Shown piece after piece: positions 9,332 through 18,623 of a DNA stretch of 35,360 nucleotides. Below the pieces are notes generated by a model, which did no database searches, was not told the origin of the DNA, and saw only the letters and a list, made by a program, of their open reading frames with translations. This DNA comes from a virus (Duplodnaviria; Caudoviricetes). Numbering within the stretch: the first letter of the stretch is position 1; each line of letters opens with the position of its first letter. The stretch is taken from IMG/VR virus record IMGVR_UViG_3300020044_000597, positions 1-35,360 of that record; one strand, given 5' to 3'. Position numbers and translations under genes: made by a program.

Positions 9332-12300
9332 CCTTTCAGTATTTTGAGCAATTCGTCGTTCACATCGTCAGAGCCGTTCACCACACCACCTTGTGCAAAG
9401 GGAGATACGAACATATTGGCCTGCTGGGGGTTGGCGAAAATGCTGTTCCAGTCGTAAATGTACCCAATCTTGGCGGGGTCAGCAGCTTTTACTGTGACTT
9501 GTTGGCCCCCAGTGTCGCCTGCCTGCCCCAACATATTTACCATGGTGTTCAGGTTACCCATGCGTTGGGTTCGGAGCGCTTGCGCTGCGTTGGATTGGGC
9601 CAGTGCATCCGTCCGCGCTGCCTGCGCTTGACGAGTTTTTTCGGCCTCCGCAGCTTGGGCCTGCCGGGTGGCTTCGGCTTCGTCCTCTATGGTTTTGTAG
9701 ACGCCGGTAGGTGCCCACTTTGAACCCGCAGCGGGGTTGTAAGTGAACGGAGCGTCAGCATCCCCCCGCACGTAGTCGGGCTCTTGTGTCTTAAGGTAGG
9801 TCTCAATCGCAACCTTGTCGTTCTGGTCAATTACCTTATCGCCGTTGTAGTCGTACTGTGGGTCATACGCACCTTGTTTCTCCAGCATCTGAATCATGGC
9901 GTCCAGATCGGATTTTGTAGCTTGCTGCGTGCCCCGTCCCAAAGTTTTGGAGACATCCTTGATAGCTAAATCAGTGTCCGCCAGCTTAGTGTTGAGATTT
10001 GCCTCCGACTCACCGATCTGTGCCTTCAATGCCTGATAGATAAATCCGGGTAAGTTTTCCTTTGTGAGCCCGGCGAGTTTGGCTTCCTCGTATTGCCCCG
10101 CTAATTGCTTGACCTGTGCATCAGTAGCGTCAGGAAATCCGGCAGCAGTAAGGGCGTCCCGTACCTCCTGCTCGTCCACATAGCGGGGGTCAACGTACGC
10201 ATTGACGGAAGTCTCTTGGGCAGCTTGGTACGCGGCATCGTTCTTCTGCCCCATGAACTGCTTGACCTCGGCATCGTCTGGGGTGTACCCCAGCTTTGTG
10301 ATCATGGCCTTGGCTTCGTCGTACGTTACCTGTCGTGGGTCAACATACTTGGCAACCGCATCCAATTGCACCTGCTGGTTGACAGTGGCTACGAACTGGT
10401 TGACTTCCGCATCAGTGGGGCTATACCCACGATCCACCAGCATCTTTCTGGCTTCCTCGGGGGTGACAGAGTTTTCGTTGACGTACGTCTTGATTTGGCC
10501 AATGACCGCCGTTTGGTCGATGTCAACCCCAGACTTTATGAACGAAGTAATCTGCTCTTTGGTCGGTGTGTAGTCCTTAAACCCAGCAGCGGTGTACGCT
10601 TCTTTCAGCGACTTGGTTGCTTCGGCTTCTGTCACCGTATGGGTGTCGGCGTACTGCTGCGCAGCAACGGTCAGCGCATTACTGCCCGGCGGGATGGCCT
10701 GCACCAGTGATTTGATTTCGGCATCGTTGGGCTTGTACCCCACGTTAGCCAACGTAGTCTTGAGGAAATCGGTCTGCGCTTCGACCCGCTGCTCGGCGGT
10801 TGTGTTCAACAAGTTGTTGTACACGGTGTCGAATCCCTGCTTGCTGGTCACTTGCCCCATGGCCTGCGACAGGGTGACTTGATCCCCCAGCGAGTTGGTG
10901 CCAAGAATAAAGTCTTGGTTGGCAATAACCGAGGGCATGCTGGTTTTGAACGTGTCGTAGCTTACCCCAGAGGACATTTGCATGGCGGCTACCCCGCCCA
11001 GTGTAATGTTATCCCCATCGGCAGAGGTGCCGACCACGGAATCCATCCTGACGGTCTTCATATCCACTTGCTTAGTGCCCGCCAAGAAATCCGACAAAGT
11101 GACGTTATTGCCGTTGACATCTTTAGCCACGAACGCAGTTTCGCGGATGTTCAGGCCCGTCATGATAGAACCCGTAGTGCCCGCGGCGGTACCCGCAGCA
11201 ATAGTTGCCGCTGTGGTTGCGTAGTCCCAGTTGACGGTACCCGTCACAATACGTTGGTTGTTGGCATTCTGAAACAACTCCTCAACGTACTCACCCATGG
11301 TGCTGGCAGCAGTAGCTTTACCAATGTCTCTATAAGAAGCTACTACGCCATCGCCAAGTATTTTCTTGACCATAGGGACATCAGTCACACCGACGGTAAC
11401 CGCCGTAATCACAGCAGATTGGAACCCCGCCTTGAGCGCCATGTCACGGGCCTCAACTTCATTCTTACCAGACTTAATCGCGGCATCGTACACATCCCCA
11501 GAACTGGAACCCCAAGACTCCATACCTTCCACGGCAGCGTTTGCACTGTATGCGGCAATCTTGCCAAACGCCATCACTCCACGCGCAGCCCAAAGCGGGA
11601 GCACTTCTTGTACGCCTTCCTTGGCTACCATAGTTGCAAACCCGCCGGGGTTGTCTTTGACCGCGCCTATAAACGCCCCAATTTTGTTGAACGCCCCATC
11701 CGCATTTTTCACCGCGTCTTGAATATTTTTTTCTTGTGCAACAGTGCTGGCCGACTGGTTTGCAGCGCCCCATGTTTGCAGAGCCTTGCCTGCGCGAATA
11801 AGGCTTGTGTCATAGCTGCCACCCGTTACGGAAGCAAAAAACTTGGCGAGGTTCTCAGTCTGCTGCCCAACACCTTGCGTGATAACAGAATACGTCTGGC
11901 GGATATTTTCGACCAGCGCCCGATCACCCGAGGTCTGCGCAGCCACCATAGCAGCATTGATTGAAGTGTCGAAGAAGTTACCAAGGCTTTTCTTGGCGCT
12001 ATCGTCCAGCTTATTGGCAAGCTCAAGGTAGCCTGCGGGGTCGGCAGTGGCAAGCTCGCGCAACTCCCGAGGTGCAGTAATCACAACATCCGGTATACCC
12101 CCGCCACCAATCTCTACCCGCTCCAACGAGTATTTCCCCGTGCTTGGGTCGATGGCGTAAACCGCTTGCAGCTTATCCCCGGCGTACTCGTAGTATTTAC
12201 CTTCACGCCATCCAGAGTAATTACCAGCGAGCACGTCCTGTACAGATGCACCTTTGAGTTTTTCCTGTGGGACACGGTTGGCCAACTCCATGGCGCGGTC

Positions 12301-14202
12301 GATGTCTTGCTCAGTAGCGTTGACAAGGTTTTTGCCTTGGCTGGCCAAAATCTGTTTGCCAAGCTCAACACGCTGATCGCGTTCTTCCGCTGGGAGGATG
12401 GTGTATGTGCTGCCCTTATAGCTAAATGTGTTGTATCCCTCTTTCTGAGCAGCGTTTGCTGCTTCAGCTTGGCTCCCCTCATCCGAGCCCTTGTACACAA
12501 ACATTGCGTTGTCTTCTTCAATCTGCTTTGCAGCATAGAAGCTACGTTGTGCTGAGGTTTCTGCCAAGTTGGTGTAGTCCTGCACGATTCCAAGATCGGA
12601 CTCAGACACGGCTTCGCGCCCGTATATTTTCTTGAAGAAGTCTTTGGCCTCGTCTTCGGTCGTAACCCGCTTGTCAAGTTCGTTTACCAGATCGTTGTAG
12701 TTTTTCTTTGCCAGCGAGGCAACAAAATCCTGCGTGACATACCCCTTGTTTACGTATTCCAGAAGTGCGCGTTCGTCCGCCTCGGGGTTGCTAAGGATAG
12801 CGTTGACAATCTCTGTGGATTCTTTGAGCTGAGCCTGCGTAGTCTTGAGCCCATCAAACTGCCCGGTCGTGATGTAGTGCAGGTACGGGTCAGTGTCCTT
12901 AGGTACATTAGGATTGAGTGCTTTATACGCAGCGGCGTCAAACCCCGGCGCAAGCGACTCTGCAAACGCGCGGTTGCTGTTAGCGTAAACAGGGTCAAGC
13001 GCTTTGGTCAGGTTGTCAATCTGGTTTTTGAGGAGGGCTTGCTCAGACGAGTTGACCCCGGTAATCCTATCGTACTCGGCTTGGTACCCAGCGACTTCGT
13101 TGGACAGTGCATCCAGCGTGGGTTTATACAGCCGGTTATATTCCGAGTTAACCCACGTAGCGTAGTTGTTGTACGTTGCAACCGCAGACTGCGCTGCGTT
13201 GTAATTGGCGTCTGTAGGGTTGGCATCATACGCAGCGCGAGCGTCGGCCTGCACTTGGTATAGGCGGTTTTGCTCGCTTATATTTGACGACAGTACGCTG
13301 TTGTACTGATTGAATCTTTCAGTAGCGGATTTTGACTGGGCGGCAATAGTATCCAACCGCGCACCGTTCCCGGTGATCCGAGCGTAGGAGTCGGCCATAC
13401 CCTCTGTGGCAGATTTTATGGTGTCTTTGGCGTATGCACCAAGCGCAGCGGTAGCTGCATTCGTAAGGCTTTTGGTCAACGCATCCGTAGCAGAACGGCC
13501 TGCCAGTGCAGCACTTGTTGTCTTAAAGATTGCATCCGTAGCAACAGCCCGTTGCCCGGCAGTCAGCTTAGTACCATCCGGGTCATAGAGCTTAATAGCT
13601 TCGGTCACAATGCCGCTGGTGGCCACAAGAATACTGGCTGCGGCCTCGTCGAACTTTTGCTGTCCCGCTACCACCGCACCCACAGTAGATGCCACTGTGT
13701 TTTGAACCCACGCGGGCTGTTTATCGAATCCGGGAATTTGTCCCAAAACTGCGCCTGCTGCCGCAGATACCCCACCAGCAACAAATGCCTTCACCGGGTC
13801 TTGTTTGGTAATTACCGCCACGGCGGCATTACCTACCCCGCGAGTAACAATGTTGGTGACAAGCTGCTGCGTAGCCACAGAAGCCCCTTGGGAAGCGGCA
13901 AAACTTCCTGCGGCCTTACCGACTGGAGTACCTACCTTAACTGCAATCGCTTGGGTGCCGTACGAAATGGCCGCGGACTTTATCGCATCGCCAATACTTC
14001 CACCTTTGGCCAACGTGCTGGCTCCGTCGATAAGCGGAATAGCCCATGCGTTACCCGTGGCGTACGCAGCTATTTTGGCAATCGTTGTGATCGGGTCTTT
14101 GACCGCCGCCTTGACGACGTTTACAACCGCCGTGACAACTTTCTTTACGACTTTTTCAACCGCCTTAAAGACTTGTTTTACTGCTCTGACGACCGCGCTC
14201 AC
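9328..14202 (-). CDS. Large internal/ejection protein, 1624 aa, modular and repeat-containing
   Basis: GTG start (GTGA overlap) with SD AAGGAG; N-terminal amphipathic helix, Ala/Gly-rich hydrophobic segments, coiled coil, internal repeats, C-terminal FAQGG. Confidence 0.75.
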   Translation of the reverse strand: MSAVVRAVKQVFKAVEKVVKKVVTAVVNVVKAAVKDPITTIAKIAAYATGNAWAIPLIDGASTLAKGGSIGDAIKSAAISYGTQAIAVKVGTPVGKAAGSFAASQGASVATQQLVTNIVTRGVGNAAVAVITKQDPVKAFVAGGVSAAAGAVLGQIPGFDKQPAWVQNTVASTVGAVVAGQQKFDEAAASILVATSGIVTEAIKLYDPDGTKLTAGQRAVATDAIFKTTSAALAGRSATDALTKSLTNAATAALGAYAKDTIKSATEGMADSYARITGNGARLDTIAAQSKSATERFNQYNSVLSSNISEQNRLYQVQADARAAYDANPTDANYNAAQSAVATYNNYATWVNSEYNRLYKPTLDALSNEVAGYQAEYDRITGVNSSEQALLKNQIDNLTKALDPVYANSNRAFAESLAPGFDAAAYKALNPNVPKDTDPYLHYITTGQFDGLKTTQAQLKESTEIVNAILSNPEADERALLEYVNKGYVTQDFVASLAKKNYNDLVNELDKRVTTEDEAKDFFKKIYGREAVSESDLGIVQDYTNLAETSAQRSFYAAKQIEEDNAMFVYKGSDEGSQAEAANAAQKEGYNTFSYKGSTYTILPAEERDQRVELGKQILASQGKNLVNATEQDIDRAMELANRVPQEKLKGASVQDVLAGNYSGWREGKYYEYAGDKLQAVYAIDPSTGKYSLERVEIGGGGIPDVVITAPRELRELATADPAGYLELANKLDDSAKKSLGNFFDTSINAAMVAAQTSGDRALVENIRQTYSVITQGVGQQTENLAKFFASVTGGSYDTSLIRAGKALQTWGAANQSASTVAQEKNIQDAVKNADGAFNKIGAFIGAVKDNPGGFATMVAKEGVQEVLPLWAARGVMAFGKIAAYSANAAVEGMESWGSSSGDVYDAAIKSGKNEVEARDMALKAGFQSAVITAVTVGVTDVPMVKKILGDGVVASYRDIGKATAASTMGEYVEELFQNANNQRIVTGTVNWDYATTAATIAAGTAAGTTGSIMTGLNIRETAFVAKDVNGNNVTLSDFLAGTKQVDMKTVRMDSVVGTSADGDNITLGGVAAMQMSSGVSYDTFKTSMPSVIANQDFILGTNSLGDQVTLSQAMGQVTSKQGFDTVYNNLLNTTAEQRVEAQTDFLKTTLANVGYKPNDAEIKSLVQAIPPGSNALTVAAQQYADTHTVTEAEATKSLKEAYTAAGFKDYTPTKEQITSFIKSGVDIDQTAVIGQIKTYVNENSVTPEEARKMLVDRGYSPTDAEVNQFVATVNQQVQLDAVAKYVDPRQVTYDEAKAMITKLGYTPDDAEVKQFMGQKNDAAYQAAQETSVNAYVDPRYVDEQEVRDALTAAGFPDATDAQVKQLAGQYEEAKLAGLTKENLPGFIYQALKAQIGESEANLNTKLADTDLAIKDVSKTLGRGTQQATKSDLDAMIQMLEKQGAYDPQYDYNGDKVIDQNDKVAIETYLKTQEPDYVRGDADAPFTYNPAAGSKWAPTGVYKTIEDEAEATRQAQAAEAEKTRQAQAARTDALAQSNAAQALRTQRMGNLNTMVNMLGQAGDTGGQQVTVKAADPAKIGYIYDWNSIFANPQQANMFVSPFAQGGVVNGSDDVNDELLKILKG

Positions 14203-14663
14203 TTTTTACGCTCCTTCATGAGTTCGATGGTTGCAACCGTCTGACCTTCATCCTGCGCGAACGTAAGTTTTGCGTCAAGTGTGGGGTTGTTCTTATCTAC
14301 TCGACGTTTGACCGCCTTGATAACGGAAGAAATTGTGGGGTCGTCATACATGGTGACGATTGTCTTGATACCTTTGCCGTAGGCATACACAACGTAGTTT
14401 TCGGTGTTGTCCACAAAGTTAGCCGCGGTATCCACATTCATGGCCCGCATGAATACGGTACCTTCTTCCTCGTCGCTGTGGTGCGTGATGTAGACGGTGT
14501 TGCCAAACTGAATCGACTCGGCGTCGTCCATGTTCAACTCTTCCGCGAGCGCAGCAAGCACAGCGGGTACGGGGTATTCGTCCGCATATTGGTGTGCGAA
14601 CTGAATCATAATCTGCGGAGGAGCCAAGAGCTCCTGCATGCTGTCAATTGGGTCGGGTCTCAT
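14199..14663 (-). CDS. Hypothetical 154-aa alpha/beta protein (candidate acyltransferase, unproven)
   Basis: 4-nt overlaps with both neighbours; function inferred only from position and size. Confidence 0.6.
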   Translation of the reverse strand: MRPDPIDSMQELLAPPQIMIQFAHQYADEYPVPAVLAALAEELNMDDAESIQFGNTVYITHHSDEEEGTVFMRAMNVDTAANFVDNTENYVVYAYGKGIKTIVTMYDDPTISSVIKAVKRRVDKNNPTLDAKLTFAQDEGQTVATIELMKERKK

Positions 14664-15763
14664 GGCAAACTCCAGATGGCAGCGGAATACACGTTCCCCA
14701 TTCCAGCGGCGAGGGCCAGCATAACGCCGTTGGGTGTCGGTTGCGGTTCAGAAAGAAACACTGCGTCGTCCTCCGTCCGGTTGGGGATAGCAGGGACAAC
14801 CCCTGCGTGCATTGCGTCCGCCAGAAGACAGCTCTCCAACAGCCCGCTGGCCCCCATTGTATGTCCTATGACAGGTTTATAGGAAGTGGCAATAAAGCCA
14901 TCCGGCAGTATGTGTTGTAGGGCAGCGCGTTCTGCCACGTTGTTCGACAGGGTTCCGGTACCATGAGTCTTGACCACGCGCACCTCGGAGGGGCGAACAT
15001 TGGCCAGCTCAATGGCCCCCTCAGCAGCTCGGATAAACCCGAGCCCAGAGTTAAGCTGCCCCAGTGCGTTGGTGCAAGGCTCGCTGGCCGTATACGCCCC
15101 TTTGAGGTGAGCCTTTGCGGGAGAGTCAGTTTCATCGGACTCGAACACGGCAAACACCGCGCCCTGCCCGACAAAGAAACTGCCGTTCTTGGTGTCAAAC
15201 GCCGAAGGGGCAATTCGTTCCTCGACCTCACGCTTAGCCGTCAGAGACGCCTTGGCCTCCCCAAAAAATTCCAACACAAGGTTGCTTACCGCGTCTTCAA
15301 CGGACAGCACTATCACTCGGGTAAACCCGTAGTGCCTGATCAGAGTTTGCACGTCCATCATGACCTTGAGGCTGCTGGCGCAAGCTGATGAATCAGTGAC
15401 CACATGATCGGTGGCTCCGCAGGATTGTGCGATACGCCCAGCATAAACCTGCGTGAGCGTCAGTGGAAGCATCTTGTATTGATACGTCAAGCGCGACTCT
15501 CGTGGCGTAGCCGGGATGCCCGCAAAATGTGCGTTGCCCGCTGCAAGAATAAACGCGGTCTTCTTACTAGGGTTTTCCCGTAATCGCTGTATGAGAGCCG
15601 GGTCAAGCACCTTGTCAGCAAGTCGATGTGGTGGGTAAAACAACCCAGTCTTGGCCCGAGCATACGTGTCGGGGAACCAGTGCACTTTCTGAGGGAACGG
15701 AACATCATCAAGTAGTTCTGCGGCCTGAGAGTACGCTGTGCGGAAGTCAACGAGCTTTACCAT
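14660..15763 (-). CDS. Beta-ketoacyl-ACP synthase (FabB/FabF-like, thiolase fold), 367 aa
   Basis: Cys-His-His triad motifs: DSSACASS (Cys128), KTHGTGT (His267), SYKPVIGHTMGASG (His301); also SAFD..GSFFVGQGA and C-terminal ALAAGMG. Confidence 0.9.
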   Translation of the reverse strand: MVKLVDFRTAYSQAAELLDDVPFPQKVHWFPDTYARAKTGLFYPPHRLADKVLDPALIQRLRENPSKKTAFILAAGNAHFAGIPATPRESRLTYQYKMLPLTLTQVYAGRIAQSCGATDHVVTDSSACASSLKVMMDVQTLIRHYGFTRVIVLSVEDAVSNLVLEFFGEAKASLTAKREVEERIAPSAFDTKNGSFFVGQGAVFAVFESDETDSPAKAHLKGAYTASEPCTNALGQLNSGLGFIRAAEGAIELANVRPSEVRVVKTHGTGTLSNNVAERAALQHILPDGFIATSYKPVIGHTMGASGLLESCLLADAMHAGVVPAIPNRTEDDAVFLSEPQPTPNGVMLALAAGMGNVYSAAIWSLP

Positions 15764-16041
15764 TGGACTTCTTTCATCGCCTCGTCGATCGACGTTGGCT
15801 CTTTGGTCTGGTGTTGTTTCATCAGCGCAATCATTTCTGCGGGCGTCTGAGGGGTAAACTCCTTGACCACCGATTCTGGCACCCCGTAGATGTCGGAATA
15901 GAAGATGGACATCATCAAGGAGTCCATGCTATCAAGCCCCGTTTCGGGCCATGGGGTTTCGAGTGTTTCCAGTGGCGTATATGCGGCATGTGCCGGGCGA
16001 GCCAATCGCGCAAGGCGGTTGAAAAGTTCAATCTCGTTCAT
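15757..16041 (-). CDS. Acyl carrier protein, 94 aa
   Basis: ATG 16041 with SD GAGGT; phosphopantetheine motif GLDSMD (Ser38); acidic and small; overlaps the ketosynthase start. Confidence 0.8.
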   Translation of the reverse strand: MNEIELFNRLARLARPAHAAYTPLETLETPWPETGLDSMDSLMMSIFYSDIYGVPESVVKEFTPQTPAEMIALMKQHQTKEPTSIDEAMKEVQW

Positions 16042-16069
16042 GAGTGCACCTCGTATTGAAGGGGTACAT

Positions 16070-16098
16070 AGTATCCCCCACTGCGCAGCATGAATCAA
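16070..16098 (-). promoter_or_regulatory. Putative sigma70-like promoter for the ACP-ketosynthase block
   Basis: TTGATT-17 nt-GATACT in a 74-nt intergenic gap, one of very few such gaps in the window. Confidence 0.45.
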
Positions 16099-16115
16099 CG
16101 ATAAGCGGTGTGTTG

Positions 16116-16775
16116 TTACACGGCGCTTACGAACGTCAACGTAACCCCAATCGCAGATATTGCGGGCATGGCAAACGGAGTGGTCTGCGCGGTATACGCT
16201 TCCAAATAAACTGAAGAGTCCGCCACTGCGGCATACAGCTCTACAAGGTCTCCAGCAGCCAGTTCGACGATCGTAGTTTGCGATAGGGTCAAGTAACCAT
16301 CACTCCCAGAGTACGCTGCTGGAACGTCAAATTTGCTGCCCGAGTTTGCTACGTCGGAGCCGTTCCTTCTAAGCCAGAGCCATGCGTTGTGGGGGGCTGT
16401 ATCGGTGTTGGAAAACTGAAGGTTGGCGCTGTAATTGTAGAAGCCGGTATGCTGCACTGTTATGCCACCCGAGCCGTCAATCGTGCACCCGCTCGCGGCT
16501 ACGAGTGTATTGAGTACAACAGCGGTTGCAGTATTGGCCGTAAACGTCAAATCGCCGTTGCGAATTATGTCCGCAAACGGGAAATACAAATTGGCCCCGC
16601 CGGGCGGCTGGGTAGCGCTTTGCGAGGGGCTGATCAGGTTGTTGTATGACTGTGTAAGGCGGTTGTAAAACAAACGCTGGACGTTGTTCAACTGGTCCTG
16701 ATACGGGCGGTTGTACTGATCTGTCGCCTGCGGCAACGCAGGTGGGGCGACTTTTTGTAGGACGGTTGAACTCAT
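16116..16775 (-). CDS. Tail-associated protein, 219 aa, with C1q/BclA-like beta-rich C-terminus
   Basis: TGATG coupling to the nozzle gene; GGITVQHTGFYNYSANLQF..WLRRNG..IVELAAGDLVELY pattern. Confidence 0.6.
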   Translation of the reverse strand: MSSTVLQKVAPPALPQATDQYNRPYQDQLNNVQRLFYNRLTQSYNNLISPSQSATQPPGGANLYFPFADIIRNGDLTFTANTATAVVLNTLVAASGCTIDGSGGITVQHTGFYNYSANLQFSNTDTAPHNAWLWLRRNGSDVANSGSKFDVPAAYSGSDGYLTLSQTTIVELAAGDLVELYAAVADSSVYLEAYTAQTTPFAMPAISAIGVTLTFVSAV

Positions 16776-18622
16776 CAACGCCTCCCGTCTGGGCGCATAT
16801 CCAGTCGCGGTGACCCAAGTTGCCACGCAACACCCCGCCCGGTGGAGCTCACCTTCATAGTCATCTGGCGACCACGAACTTTGACGAACGCCTGCCCAGT
16901 AAACCGCTCGATCGGCACCGTGGCCGACCGGGTGATGCCAAAACTATTGATACCACCTGTAGATGCTGGGTCGGTGTACCCGGAACCAGCGTTACGCATC
17001 GGCAAAAGCTCCATCACGATCGACGGGTTTGGTGACGTTGACCCCGAGAAAGTAACGTCCGGCAACACGCGCCAAACGTACATAAACTGATGGCCGTCTT
17101 CCAAGTCAAATTCCGACGACGTTACGTACGACTCAATTGGCAGAATTGCGTTGTTTTCGGCGTTATCCGCACCAACCTCATGGCGCACTAAGTTGTTGCT
17201 GTACGTAGCGGCGATCGGGTTGTTTGAAATGCCCGTGTCAAGCCATGCAGTACGCCCCATGGTGCCGTAGTACCAGACATCTTCCGCGTAGTTGTAGACC
17301 ACGTACTTGTCAATGTTGACGCTGCCATCCGAGCAATAGAACCACCAAATTTCGTTGAAAGCCTCGTTGGTGCCCGCAAAAATCTGGCTGTACTGTTCGG
17401 CGTTAAGGTCATTGAAAATAAACTGGCGCAAGTCGCAACGGAGGGTCTGAGACCGTCCATCGTATTTGTAGAATTTGTCGAGCCCCATCCAGTATGCAAC
17501 ACCGTTGGCGTAGGCAACCGCGTTAGGGCTGGCAATAGAAATGTTCTCGCCCACCAACTGAGCAGACCACACAATGGGTGCACCCACGTATTGCAACGAA
17601 TACACAGCAGTGTCGGTCCAGACCAAGATTTCTTGGCGGGACTGGATGGTGGAGACGATTTCCGATCCACGTGATAGCCGCAAAGAACCGGCCTGATTGG
17701 TAGGTTCAGGTGCCCAGACTGCGGCGTCTTCTTGGTCAGACCACCGCACAAGCATGGCATCGAACGTACCCCCCTCTTCGCACCCGAGCGCGAACACAAA
17801 CCGACTCACATCAGAGACGATCAGGTAGTTTTGCCGTGTGGGTACCGATATAGCACCAATCAAATCCTGCAACTTAATGGCGCGAGCGCCTGTGCCTAAG
17901 GCCGCATCCCAGTAATAAATGCCACCCCCACGAGGGCCAAAAACAAGGTTTTGTCCAAAGTTTGACTGACTCCACAGACGCAACGAGCTCGCTGTTGGCT
18001 GCCCAATGCCCCAAGTACCAGAACCCCAAGTAGACGCGCCCCAGCCAGTAATGGGGACCGAAATGGCGGTGCCGGTGTTAATCTGATACGCAGCGGATAC
18101 AGTACCCCCACCAGTTGCAGTAGACGACGCCGCAGTCCCTGCATCAATCGTGTATGTAGTGAGCGCCGTGTCCACCGATATGATCTGGTATTCCCCGTTG
18201 ATCGTAAGCCCCCCCACTGCACTTGCACCACTAAATGTGACGAAGTTGTTAGGTAGGATGTCAGTCGCGCCCGTGTCTGTTACGGTGACAATACTGGACC
18301 CGCTTGTTGTGTCAAACGGATTGGTCAGTGTGTTTGTCTCTTCAATTGGGGTAATGTCGTAATACGCCCCGCCGCTCTCAACATAGAACTTGAGGTTTGT
18401 ACCCACACCGGTATAAATCACCCCATCCAGCGCACTCCACTGGCCAAGAGAGTGGCAGACCCCAAGGTACGTGTTTTCGGAAATACGCTCCCAGCCACCT
18501 ATCTTCTCCGGTGCGCCCTGACGAAACCGGATTTTGTCGGACTCATACCAACCACCTTCGGTTGTATACCGGGTGTTTTCACGGTTAACGCCGGGGCGTA
18601 TCTGGAGCTTTTTTAGTGGCAT
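16775..18622 (-). CDS. Tail nozzle / DNA stabilization protein (P22 gp10 or T7 tubular B-like), 615 aa
   Basis: Beta-propeller-like, W/Y-rich; VRWSDQED segment; position before the ejection genes. Confidence 0.7.
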   Translation of the reverse strand: MPLKKLQIRPGVNRENTRYTTEGGWYESDKIRFRQGAPEKIGGWERISENTYLGVCHSLGQWSALDGVIYTGVGTNLKFYVESGGAYYDITPIEETNTLTNPFDTTSGSSIVTVTDTGATDILPNNFVTFSGASAVGGLTINGEYQIISVDTALTTYTIDAGTAASSTATGGGTVSAAYQINTGTAISVPITGWGASTWGSGTWGIGQPTASSLRLWSQSNFGQNLVFGPRGGGIYYWDAALGTGARAIKLQDLIGAISVPTRQNYLIVSDVSRFVFALGCEEGGTFDAMLVRWSDQEDAAVWAPEPTNQAGSLRLSRGSEIVSTIQSRQEILVWTDTAVYSLQYVGAPIVWSAQLVGENISIASPNAVAYANGVAYWMGLDKFYKYDGRSQTLRCDLRQFIFNDLNAEQYSQIFAGTNEAFNEIWWFYCSDGSVNIDKYVVYNYAEDVWYYGTMGRTAWLDTGISNNPIAATYSNNLVRHEVGADNAENNAILPIESYVTSSEFDLEDGHQFMYVWRVLPDVTFSGSTSPNPSIVMELLPMRNAGSGYTDPASTGGINSFGITRSATVPIERFTGQAFVKVRGRQMTMKVSSTGRGVAWQLGSPRLDMRPDGRR

Positions 18623-18623
18623 A

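Noticed and set aside
12114-12677. 187-aa alternative-frame ORF inside the 1624-aa gene
   Set aside because: S/T/R/P-rich off-frame composition and no clear SD, unlike the nested ORF at 3253-3501.
14660-16041. ACP/ketosynthase as host contamination or a prophage boundary
   Set aside because: Same strand, overlapping codons into the downstream phage genes, and phage genes on both sides.
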